Assembly (NCBI GenBank): GCA_043228905.1
Contig: JBHGNT010000001.1
Span: forward strand, 30,318,001-30,382,000
DNA length: 64,000 nt
Direction: 5' to 3'
Origin: Azolla caroliniana
Taxonomy: Eukaryota > Plantae > Polypodiophyta
This document shows positions 38,686 to 49,709 of this stretch, piece after piece. The number at the start of each line of letters is the position of its first letter. Position 1 is the first letter of the stretch. Both the position numbers and the translations under genes were made by a program. The notes under the pieces are model-generated. The model saw nothing but the letters and a program-made list of their open reading frames with translations, had not been told where the DNA came from and made no database searches.

Positions 38686-41600
38686 TGTCACGTTGCTACG
38701 CGCGTGCGTGGAGAAGGGCGGGACCACGGGGGTCTTGGACTAAGGAGTAGAGGAGAAGGAATCAGACATGGAATGGAAGCTTTGCTCAAGAAGAAGAAGA
38801 ATGAACAAGAGATTAGATCGAACAAGAGGAAGATAGAGATAAGATGATCAACAAGATATATTAAAACGAAATGAACGATTACAAAATGGTGGCCGCATAG
38901 GCCGCACCAAACGACTACTCGAAACCCTAACCGACGAAGATGAAGATAAAGATAAAGAAACCCTAACCCTAACCCTTACACTCGACCTATGTGGTATACC
39001 TCGCACACTCAAAATAGGCAATCGTAAGTATTACAAGGGAAAGAATACAATCCCGGCTTCAAGCCGGACCATGGCAGGGTAGGTTACAGCAGCAGTCTGC
39101 TGCCAAGCCGCCGTCCGGGGAGCTCTTGGGCTTGTCACGCGGAGCGGGGTCTTGCACAGGAGACCTCGTAGACACTGCCCTCAACGGTTGACTTCCCCGC
39201 CAAGAAGAAGAAGAAGAAGAAAAAGAAAAAGAAACTAACTCTAAACCTAACGGTATACCCTCTAACACAAAACGGGCAACCCTTTCACAAAGGGCGCTCC
39301 CTTCCTTTTATAGAACAAGGAGAGGGATGCGTTACAATGTGGGATAAATCCCGACTTACATGGGATCGTCTGTCCCGACTTGACTACTCTTCGGCGCCAT
39401 AAAGGTGCCCTCATTATTCACACTAAACGTAAAAGGGTGAGCACACATGCTGCACCCCGCCGATGTAGCCAAGGTTTCCCGGTTTTCACCTCTGGCCGAA
39501 ATTCTTCACGACATCTGCCCCCACCAAACTGCACGTCCACCGGTACGTGCCAATCCGGTGAAGGGTGAGAGATTTCGGCCAGTGAGAAACCAATCAACCG
39601 TGATCCGCATCCCGGCTCACTGCCGGTTCGAACCGTCGGCTTCGGTTCTTCCTTCGCGCTTACCTCCCCGTAGGCTCGTTCAACCCGTCAATGGGTCCTC
39701 TACCGCAATCTCCGTAGTACGCGTATTTCCGTTGGCCCTTGTTCGGCCGTATGAACGCCCCGCTCCCCGCCGTCTGTCCGATGTCCTCCGCTTGAGGAAG
39801 GCCCGAAGTGGCCCGCTTGGCCTCCGTTGACCATTCATGTTGTCCTGATTGCCGTCCCATGTTGTTTCGCGTTGCCACCTTCCTTCTCCATGGTCTTACA
39901 TCGCCGCGTTGGCTCGAACCGCCATGATCTCCGGAACGGTGTGGAGCATCCTTTTCTGGCCTTCTACGCGCTACCTCCGAACCGCGCAACCCATCTTCGC
40001 GCTCGCCTTTCCGCTCCGGCAGCTCCGTGTGCCACATACCCTCATCCATTGTTTGGCACTGCCTGTGCCATACTCCGGTTCATTGCACGTCTTGTCGGCC
40101 CCTTTTCCGGCCAGATCGTGCATTGCCGCTCACCCGCATACTAGTGTCCTCCGCATCCGAGGAACACCCCGTAGTAGCCCGCTTGGCCCTTCCCATCTTC
40201 GTGCTGCTGCAACAGGTCCTGAGTCTTCCGCTTGCCGTCGTCCCCTCGCCCCCACCATCTTGTCACCCCGGCTTGCCGTGTCAGTCTTCGCTACTTCGAC
40301 AAAGCTACCGAGATCTACGAACCGAGTGTGGAGGATCCTCCTCTGGCCTCTCTTGCCATCCCCTGACTCCAACCCTGTGCAGTCCACTAGGCACTTGTCA
40401 CCTCGTTCCCGGCACCTCCCTTGTGCCGTCTTCCGCTTCCTTTGTTCAGCACCGCCCGTGCCGAACACTATCCCGTAGTCACGCTTTGATCCGGCCCGCG
40501 ATGGCCACTTGCGAGACTCTTATTCCGTCCCAGGTGTGCCTTTCCGGCCTCACACATCTCCCCGTGTTTGCCCTGCCGGCTCCTTCCGACACCGTAATCG
40601 GCCCGGTGAGGGTTTCGCACTTCGTCCGCCCCGTCTTACCGGCTCCCTATCTGCTACCTCGTGTCGTTGGGTCTCGTTCCCTGCCGTCACCGTCCTTCTC
40701 CCTAGGTCTCACGTTGCCACGTTGGCCGAACTGCCGGGGTCTCTAGATCAGTGTGAGGGTCCCATAGGACCGATCTTCGTTTCGTCGGTTGTCGAGATCC
40801 GGGTGTCTTCTGTTTGAGTCCCTCCCGGACTCTCCTCGTGTCTTCCGCGTAGTCGGGTCCCGTTTCCCGCCGCCACCAACCTTCTCTCTCGGTCTCATGT
40901 TGCCTCGTTGGCCGAACTGCCAGAGTCTCTGGTTAAGTGTGGGGATCCCATAGGGCCGGACTTCCTTACGCCCACTCACCTCGCCGGGAGGTTTGAGATG
41001 GTCCATAGCCACCTTGCCGGCCTCATACCTCCTTGTCGTTCGTCGCCTCTTGTCGTCCGATCACGTTCTCCTACCGCCACCGATCTCCCCTATAGGACTC
41101 ACGCCGACACTCGGGCCGGCCGCTAGGGTCTCTTGAATCGGTGTGTGTAAGGTCGCAGCTGCTCCGCTTTGCCTTCGCCATTCTCTTCTGTTGGTCACGT
41201 TCACCTGCCGCCACCGTTCTTTCCTATAGGACTCACGCCGGCTCTCGGGCCGACCGCCGGATCGGTGTGAGGATCTCCGTAGACCGCCCATCCGTAGCCC
41301 TTTGCCTTCGTCCCCTCGCCGCCACCGTTCGTCACTTAAGGCCGACCGTCGGCTCTCAGGCCGACCGCCGGTTTCTGTAGAATCGGTGTGAAGGATCCTC
41401 CTTGGGCCTCCGATTTGTCTTCCTGACCATGTCCCGGGTCGTCCTTTTCTGCATGTTGAGAGGGCGGTTTACTCCGCACCCTCTCCCGTGGTACCGACGT
41501 ACCGACGTACCGTCTCCTCGGCCTCTTCGTAGGCCTACTCTCTTCCTCCCTCCCGGAATGGTCATCCGAGAGTCCGCTCCGCCCAGTTCTCGTCCGGGTC

Positions 41601-44150
41601 CGTTCGTCCTTCTCCGGATTGCCGGGTCCCGTTCTCCTGTCACCACCAGCCTTCTCCCTAGGTCTCACGTTGCCACGTTGGCCGAACTGCCGAGGTCTCC
41701 GGATCGGTGTGGGGATCCTGTAGGACCAGACTTCATTCTCCTCATCATCCCTTATACTTCTCCCGAACTTGTCGTTTCTCTCCTTCTCGCGTACCCGCCT
41801 CCATTTCCCATCTCTCTAGGTCTCACGTCGGCGCTCGTTACCGACCGCTTGAGTTTCCGGATAAGGCGTGGTGCTTCCGTCTCGTAACGATTTGCGGACG
41901 CTCGTTCGGGGTACTGCTCCTAAGTACGTTCGGTGAGAAGCATCTGGTCTGTGATCAACCAAGCCCCGCCTGGGCTTGGTTCTTCAATATCCGTAGTTTC
42001 GGTTCTGATGCCGACTTCTCCGGACTCGTTCCAAACCCTTGACCACTTCCCTTCCAACTCCCGACCTTCGCCCGACCGGTCTTTCTCCCCATGTAAAAGA
42101 GGGCGGCTCGTCCCGCACCCTCTTCCGTATCGGCACTTTCATGCCGAATTCAGCCCCGATCGAACGATCCACGACCGGATTCTACTCCATCCGAATCGAA
42201 ATGCTGATATTCCCGTGCCGCCTCCATCCTTGGCCTTCTCGCAGGCCGTTTCCCATCCCTCTTTGCTGGCATCGTGCCATGACTCCTCTTCGGCGCCTTC
42301 CTTCTCTACGGTCTCATGTCGGCACACAGGCATGACCGCCGGAGTCTCCGGAATCCGCGTGGAGGGCTCTTCTCCGCTCTCGACCCTGTCCTCGGTCGGC
42401 AATTCTCCACAAGTCGAGAGGGCGTTTTGTTCCGCACCCTCTCCCGTGGTACCGTGGTACCGATCTTCTGCCATCTCGTGGGGCAGGACCGTCTCCTCGG
42501 TCTCAGGTTGGGGCCTCGATCTTTCTTCTTCCTCGAGCATCGCCTCGAGAGCTGCGTACGCCTCCGCAATCCGGGCCTCAACGCCGACCCTTGCCAACTC
42601 CCTTTGTCGTTCGGCCTCTTCCCACTAGGATGGCACGCCGTCGCGCGCCTTCCTCTTAGCCTTCTCGGCTCACTCATTGTCTAGCCTTTGGCACACCCTT
42701 CCGACCTTCGACCAGTCCTCTGTAAGCCCATTCGCTCCCTCATCGTCTTCGAGCTCCATCCCGATGGCCTCCCGTTCCGCTCGGTCAATCGACTTGACGA
42801 ACAATAGGACCTTGTCCGTCCCCACCAAACCTTGTTCCCGCTCCGGGAGCCGAGCAAGTCGTCGCTCGAACTCTCGGAACGCCTTGGTCGCGCCCCGGTG
42901 AGTCTTTGCCGATGCTACCCACTGGTCGAAGTCGTGTCGTCCCCGGCTCTTCCGCCGTCCTCCGTATGCCTTTAGGAGCGCCTCTTCAAAGGCCTCCCAC
43001 GAACTATGAGCCTCACGGAGCTCCTTTACTTCCGCATGCATCCGGACAGCTACGACCCGACAGAAGAACTCCAGCCTCAACGCCTCGTCTACGCCACGCT
43101 CCTCCATCTCCGCGTTGTAGGCTCCCAAGTAAGACGGGACTTTGTCCCCGTTGAAACGACCGACTCTTTCGACCACTCGCTCAACCGCTTGTTGCACTGC
43201 TTCTCGCCTCATCACCGCTCGTGCCGACTCCAACACCACTTCGGCCACCATCACCGTGAGGTCATCGTCTTCCGACTCCATCCTCCCTTGCCGCCTTTCA
43301 CGTCAGGTTCACCAAATATGTCGCGTTGCTACGCGCGTGCGTGGAGAAGGGCGGGACCACGGGGGTCTTGGACTAAGGAGTAGAGGAGAAGGAATCGGAC
43401 ATGGAATGGAAGCTTTGCTCAAGAAGAAGAAGAATGAACAAGAGATTAGATCGAACAAGAGGAAGATGGAGACAAGATGATCAACAAGATATATTCAAAC
43501 GAAATGAACGATTACAAAATGGTGGCCGCATAGGCCGCACCAAACGACTACTCGAAACCCTAACTGACGAAGATGAAGATAAAGATAAAGAAACCCTAAT
43601 CCTAACCCTAACGCTCGACCTATGTGGTATACCTCGCACACTCAAAATAGGCAATCGTAAGTATTACAAGGGAAAGAATACAATCCCGGCTTCAAGCCGG
43701 ACCATGGCAGGGTAGGTTACAGCAGCAGTCTGCTGCCAAGCCGCCGTCCGGGGAGCTCTTGGGCTTGTCACGCGGAGCGGGGTCTTGCACAGGAGACCTC
43801 GTAGACACTGCCCTCAACGGTCGACTTCCCCGCCAAGAAGAAGAAGAAAAAGAAAAAGAAAAAGAAACTAACTCTAAACCTAACGGTATACCCTCTAACA
43901 CAAAACGGGCAACCCTTTCACAAAGGGCGCTCCCTTCCTTTTATAGAACAAGGAGAGGGATGCGTTACAATGTGGGATAAATCCCGACTTACATGGGATC
44001 GTCTGTCCCGACTTGACTACTCTTCGGCGACATAAAGGCGCCCTCGTTATTCACACTAACTAAACGTACAAGGGTGAGCACACATGTTGCACCCCGCCGA
44101 TGTAGCCAATGTTTCCCGGTTTCCGCCTCTAGCCGAAATTCTTCACGACA
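38686..44150 (-). mobile_element. Element K: non-autonomous Trp-family element with gag-like ORF and no recognisable pol
   Basis: LTRs 38686-39513 and 43319-44150; TSD ACGG (38682-38685 / 44151-44154); PBS 43298-43314; PPT 39514-39529. Confidence 0.93.
42139..43281 (-). pseudogene. gag: Element K Gag-like ORF with an unrelated charged C-terminal extension
   Basis: 42670-43281 aligns by eye with the family Gag N-terminus (VGRFNGDKV..YL, LLFVKSID, GLTEDW). 42139-42597 continues in the same frame past two stops. Confidence 0.75.
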
Positions 44151-44829
44151 ACGGTACATGCAGTACCGTGAAGATCACCATCGGTTCGACGATCGTCGGG
44201 TCCACGCACCCGATCTCCCCCGGCGAGAACGCGAAGACTTTCCCATGCCTTCCGAGCATTCTCCGAAACCTGTCCTCCTCCGCTAGCAGTAGAAAGCCAC
44301 CCCCACCGACCTTGAGCTCCCGTAGCGTTATGTCGGTGAACCGGTGCCCTATGCCAGCCGGATTCCGTAAACTTGGGTCCGACGCGACGCCTTTTATCCG
44401 CTCCTCGTTGCCCTCCTGCAAGGGTGCCGCGACCGGCCTCACCTTCCGGTCCACAGTCTTGTACTTTGTACCTACACGGGCCGTCCGATCCGACCCAATC
44501 CTTTCCCCGAAGTCCGCGATGACTTCGTACATTCCCATCGATCCTACCGTAATTGTCTGGTCTTCTCTAAGGTCTTCACCGATCTCCTTTCGCAACTTGC
44601 CCTAGGTGTCGTCAAAAGAGACCGCCTCCACGGCGCCGCTGATCTCTTCGTCGGGCGAGAGGACTCTATATCCCCGGAGCCGCTCCTCCGCTCGCTTCCT
44701 TTCCCAACCGCTGACGCCAGCTATAGTCCAACCTCCGTTTTCGGAGAACCAAAACTTCCTACCTACTATACATGTGTGGGGTTTTTCCGGGGTGTCCGGA
44801 CTATCGCAGCCCCACACCTTGATAGCCCT

Positions 44830-46436
44830 CTCGAAAAATCCCCTCGGGTTTCGCCACCGAGGGTCTCACGGTTACGCTCATGGTTTGGTCACACTGTTAG
44901 GAACTGGACCGAGTGACGCCCGTCCTGGCTCTTGAACCGTTGTCCAGAACCTTGGTCTCCATCCGTGCCACCGTGATGTGTGGTTCTCCTAGTATAACCG
45001 GATGTGAGGACGTCTCCTGCATGAAGAAGTGTTGGTCGATCTCAACATCGTCGATCTTCACCCATACGTTCAGGCACGCACCGTGCAACTCCTCCGTAGC
45101 ACGTTTCGCCGCGCGTATCTTCCACCCGTGCTTGGTGTTGATCGGCCATTTACCCCTCTTGTAGAAATCCATGGACATCAGGTTGATTTCGGATCCATGG
45201 TCTACCAAGGCCACTACCGGTTCCGGAACGTCGTCGATCCGCACAAGGGTTTCCGTAGTCGCCCTAGCCCAATGCGGCTTCGCGTAGTGGCTTTCCGCCA
45301 ACTCGTCTTCTAGGGCCGCGTCGTCTAAGTGCGTAGTCTGCACCTCCATCGGCTTCTCCGGTTCTGGCTCCGTCGAGAGCCTCTTCCGCCTTACCAAGTC
45401 TACGATGGAGTCATGGAACTCCTTCTTGGCAATCCCGAGCACTTCCCTTAGCGACAGCTCCACTTTGCTGTCGAGGATACGTTCCTCCAAGACCTTTCGC
45501 AGGTTCGTGATCCTTTCGATTTCCGTGCTCAACCGGTACCCGGCCTTCTTGGCTTTATCCGGTGCGTCGATCGTACCGGCCTCATTCTGCCTTTGACCAA
45601 ATCGGGTCTCGTACCGTTGCGAGGGCCCGGCCCCTCCGGTTTTACCTACTCGCTTGTCTTCCACCAGAGCCTCGTAGTTCTGGCATGCGGCTTCAACGAA
45701 GCCCGTCTTCTCTTCGACCGGGTCACTCCACCCGGTTACCTCCCGGACCCGTTTTTCCGCGCGGTCCGCTTCTTCTTTCCTTAGCCGTGCGCCGGCGAGG
45801 CCTTCCAACATCAGCGGCCAGAATTCGACTTCGTTCATCTTCCGGGCCTCACCATCTCCGACTCGGATCGCAGCCGACACCGGGTAGTGGACGGTCTTCG
45901 CGTGGCGAGCCACCGCTTCTTCCATCAGCCGTTTCATACCCCCTCGTTCGACATTCAGGTTCAGGGCCCTTTGGGTCTCGCTAGCGTGCACCCGACCGTT
46001 CCATAGGTACACCACGTCGGCTCTCATTGCCTCGGCGAAGTCCCCGCAGTCCTTCCGGACGTGGCCGACCGCGTCGCACCACAAACACCGATTTCCAACC
46101 AGAGACCTTCGGTCACGGGCCTGTTCGTCGTCGTCCCTCCGTGCCTGTGCAATCTGGAGGTCCTTTACCATCCTAGTCAGCTCCTCTAGAGTTGCTCCTC
46201 CGGACGAGCCTTTGACCATATCGGTCGAAGTCGATCCGGTCTCGAGCCGGTCTCGGGTCTCTTCCCTTCGCGCCGGCGGGGTTGGCTCGAGTTTCCTTGC
46301 TGCTACAGAGACCGCCCTTGTTGATCCTTTATCGATCCACTCTCGCCGTTTGTCGAAACGGCCATAAACTCTCTTCACCACATCCCAGTCGGTCATCAGC
46401 CCGTCATCAGTCTCCAGTAGGAGACCCACTTGCTCC
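44830..46436 (-). pseudogene. gag: Element F gag-PR, C-terminal part (N-terminal part at 55943-56366)
   Basis: CLWCDAVGHVRKDC and LVDHGSEINLM; homologous to gag of G and H. Confidence 0.88.
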
Positions 46437-46501
46437 TACTTCCTACCCACTAAATCTACCCGCCTAGGCTCTAGGCGGGTAGATTTAGTGGGTAGGAAGT
46501 A
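46437..46501. repeat. Perfect 31-bp inverted repeat with a 3-nt loop at a rearrangement junction
   Basis: TACTTCCTACCCACTAAATCTACCCGCCTAG-gct-CTAGGCGGGTAGATTTAGTGGGTAGGAAGTA. Confidence 0.95.
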
Positions 46502-47014
46502 AAGGGGAAACGGCTCCTTCCTTGCCTATAAAAAGGAGGGAGACGAGAAGGGAAAGGGGATCGCGGAGAGTCGAGGACGAAGTGTTGTCGGTTTGCGTGC
46601 GAAGGCTTCTCTCTCTCTCTGGTTCGCAAACTCCATAGCTTCCTTCTGTGCAGGTTTCGGGAGGCTCGCGCTGTTCCGAGGAATGCCCGAGTGCTTCCGG
46701 CAGCACCTCCAACCTGCTCCTGTCTTTCTGTGCGTTTACGAACAGGCATCGACATCTGTTCGCCGGCCTGTTCGGTTGGAACCGACTTCGTGGTTTTGTT
46801 GTCTTCGTGTTCTTGTTGTTTGTCTTTGTTAATACATACATACATTCGTGTCTTTCTGTGTCGCTGTCCCACTTGCGTCTTTGCGTCGAAGGGTCGTGTC
46901 CCTGTGGATCTACGCTTGCACGTAGAGGGTCTCTTCTCCTTCCTCTCTTGCTCTTTGGTACAGGACCCCCGAGGTTCCGCCTCATTCCACGCATCCGCGA
47001 GGAATACCTCGACA
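46471..47014 (+). repeat. Extra 5'-truncated G-type LTR joined to an inverted piece of F gag (47015-47062)
   Basis: Matches 53222-53765; followed by CCGT and codons for TVLDTSRVLLFVKSVD. Confidence 0.9.
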
Positions 47015-47609
47015 CCGTACTAGACACAAGTCGCGTCTTGCTGTTCGTTAAGTCGGTGGATACCCTCCTTCCTTGCCTATAAAAAGGAGGGAGACGAGAA
47101 GGGAAAGGGGATCGCGGAGAGTCGAGGACGAAGTGTTGTCGGTTTGCGTGCGAAGGCTTCTCTCTCTCTCTGGTTCGCAAACTCCATAGCTTCCTTCTGT
47201 GCAGGTTTCGGGAGGCTCGCGCTGTTCCGAGGAATGCCCGAGTGCTTCCGGCAGCACCTCCAACCTGCTCCTGTCTTTCTGTGCGTTTACGAACAGGCAT
47301 CGGCATATGTTCGCCGGCCTGTTCGGTTGTAACCGACTTCATGGTTTTGTTGTCTTCGTGTTCTTGTTGTTTGTCTTTGTTAATACATACATGCATTCGT
47401 GTCTTTCTGTGTCGCTGTCCCACTTGCGTCTTTGCGTCGAAGGGCCGTGTCCCTGTGGATCTACGCTCGCACGTAGAGGGTCTCTTCTCCTTCCTCTCTT
47501 GCTCTTTGGTACAGGACCCCCAAGGTTCCGCCTCATTCCACGCATCCGCGAGGAATACCTCGACATCTTTGGTGAACCCGATGTGAAAGAGGCGGCAGAA
47601 GAGTAGAAG

Positions 47610-49709
47610 ATGAAGGGGTCGGATCTTGCAGAGGCCATGGCTTCGGCCGTGGATCGGATATTGAGTGCACGCGAGGGCACCGGCGCCCTCGACAGAGCAA
47701 TTGAGGCGGTCATCGGTACGATCGGCCGGTTCAGCAGAAAGGATGCCACGAAGTATTTGGCGTCCTACGGGGCAGAAATGCTGATGCGGGACATTCCGGA
47801 AGAGAGGCGTCTCGCCGGGTTTCCTCGAGTAGCGATGCCGAGCATCCATGCGGAGGTGCTCGAGGTGCGGGCGGAGAGCCGTACCTGGGAGGAGTTCGAA
47901 GGCCGACTCCTAGAAAAATACGGGTTGGACGACGCGCTCCGGCTTTCGAAGCGGGACTTCATGGAATGGGTGGAGTCCCCCGGCAAGGGAAGAAACGCGT
48001 CGGCACTCCTCCGGGAGTTCGAAGAACGCTTTGTGCGCCTTTCGGCGCTTGACCGAACCGTTCTAGATACGAGCCGGGTCCTACTGTTCGTCAAGTCGGT
48101 GGACGAGCGGGACCGGGATCAAGTCGGCTCCTTGCTGGAAACCGAGGACGGGCTGACAACCAACTGGGCTGCGGTTAAGAGAGTCTGTGGCCGTTTCAAT
48201 AAACAGCGGGAATGGGCTGACAACGGGGCGGCCGGTGTGGGGTCTGTCACAGCAAGGAGGCTTGAACCGGCACCGCAAGTACGAAGGGAAGAAACCCGGG
48301 AATGGCTCGAAACCGGTCCGGCTTCGACCAGCATGGTCAATGGCTCGTCCGGAGAAGCAGCGCTGGAGGAGTTGACGCGGGCGATAAAGGATCTCCAGAT
48401 CGCCCAGACTCGAAGGGAAGGCGGCGAACCGGCTCGTGACCGACGGCCGGCAGCGGGGAACAGGTGCATGTGGTGCGACGAGGTCGGCCACATTCGGAAG
48501 GACTGCGGCGATTTCGCAGAGGCGTTGAGGAACTGGGTGGTGTACCCTAAACCCTAAACCCTGAACCGAAACGACGGGCGAGGAGGTATGAAGAGACTAA
48601 TGGAAGAGGCAGCGGCCCGACACGTAGAGGCCATCCACTACTCGGCGTCGGCCGAAAATCGGGTCGGGGGCAGCGAGGCTCGAACAGAGGGCAAAGACGG
48701 ATTCTGGTCGGCAATGCTGGGAGGTCTTGCCGGCGCACGGCTAAGGAAAGATGAAACGGACCATGCTGAGAGACGGGTCCGGGAAATAACAGGGTGGAGC
48801 GATCCGGTCGAGGAGAAGACGGGCTTCGTAGAAGCCGCCTGCCGGAACTACGAGGCTCTGGTAGAAGACAAACGAGTGGGGAAAGCCGGAGCGGCCGGGC
48901 CCTCACAACGGTACGAGACCCGATTCGGGCAACGACAGAACGATGCCGGCGGGTCCAGCTCGCAAGATAACCCCAGGAAGGGCGGATACCGATTGGGGAC
49001 GGAAATAGAAAGGACTACGGACCTACGAAAGGTCCTAGAAGAACGGATCCTCGACAGCAAAGTGGAGCTGTCATTGCGGGAGGTGCTAGGGATCGCCAAG
49101 AAGGAGTTCCACGACTCCATTGTAGACTTGGTGAAACGGAAGAGGCTGTCGACGGAGACGGAACCGGAAAGACCTGTAGAGGTGCGGACGACGCACATCG
49201 ACGACTCGGCGCTGGCAGATGAGTGGGCGGAGAGCCACTATTCGAGGCCACACTTGGCCCGAGCGACCACGGAGACCCCCGTAAAGATCGGAGATGTTCA
49301 GGAACCGGTGGTGGCATTGGTGGACCAAGGTTCGGAAATAAACCTGATGTCCATGGACTTCTATAAGAAGGGGAAGTGGCCGATCAACACCAAGCACGAG
49401 TGGAAGATACGGGCGGTGACGCGCGCCACCGAGGAACTGCATGGGGCCTGCCCGAACGTGCGAGTCAAGATCGGCGACGTCGAGATTGACCAGCACTTCT
49501 TCGTACAGGAGACATCCTCGCACCCGGTCATATTAGGTGAGCCATACATCACGGCGGCGCGGATGGAGACCAAAGTGCTAGACAACGGTTCGGCCTACGC
49601 AAGGGTCAAAAGCCAGGACGGGCGCCATTCGGTCCAATTTCTGACCGTGAGACCGAACCACGAGCGGAACCGCGAATCCCTCGGTGGCGAGAACCGGGAG
49701 GATTTTTAG
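47610..49709 (+). pseudogene. gag: Element G gag-PR, broken by telomeric filler at about 48546
   Basis: Same-frame ORFs 47610-48557 and 48588-49709; CMWCDEVGHIRKDC; LVDQGSEINLM. Confidence 0.9.

Larger units (their letters stand above)
35205..44830 (-). pseudogene. pol: Element F pol fragments (35205-37799, 38488-38685, 44151-44830)
   Basis: Homologous to pol of A, G and H; the reading rejoins across the inserts (VTIRNA, HVPWN). Confidence 0.88.

Noticed and set aside
38922-38980. (CCCTAA)n runs in the K and K2 LTRs as interstitial telomeres
   Set aside because: They occur in all LTR copies as part of the family sequence, unlike the private filler at 48545.
46485-47849. 454-aa minus-strand ORF with an internal repeat
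   Set aside because: It reads through two tandem LTR copies and antisense gag, with no protein motifs.
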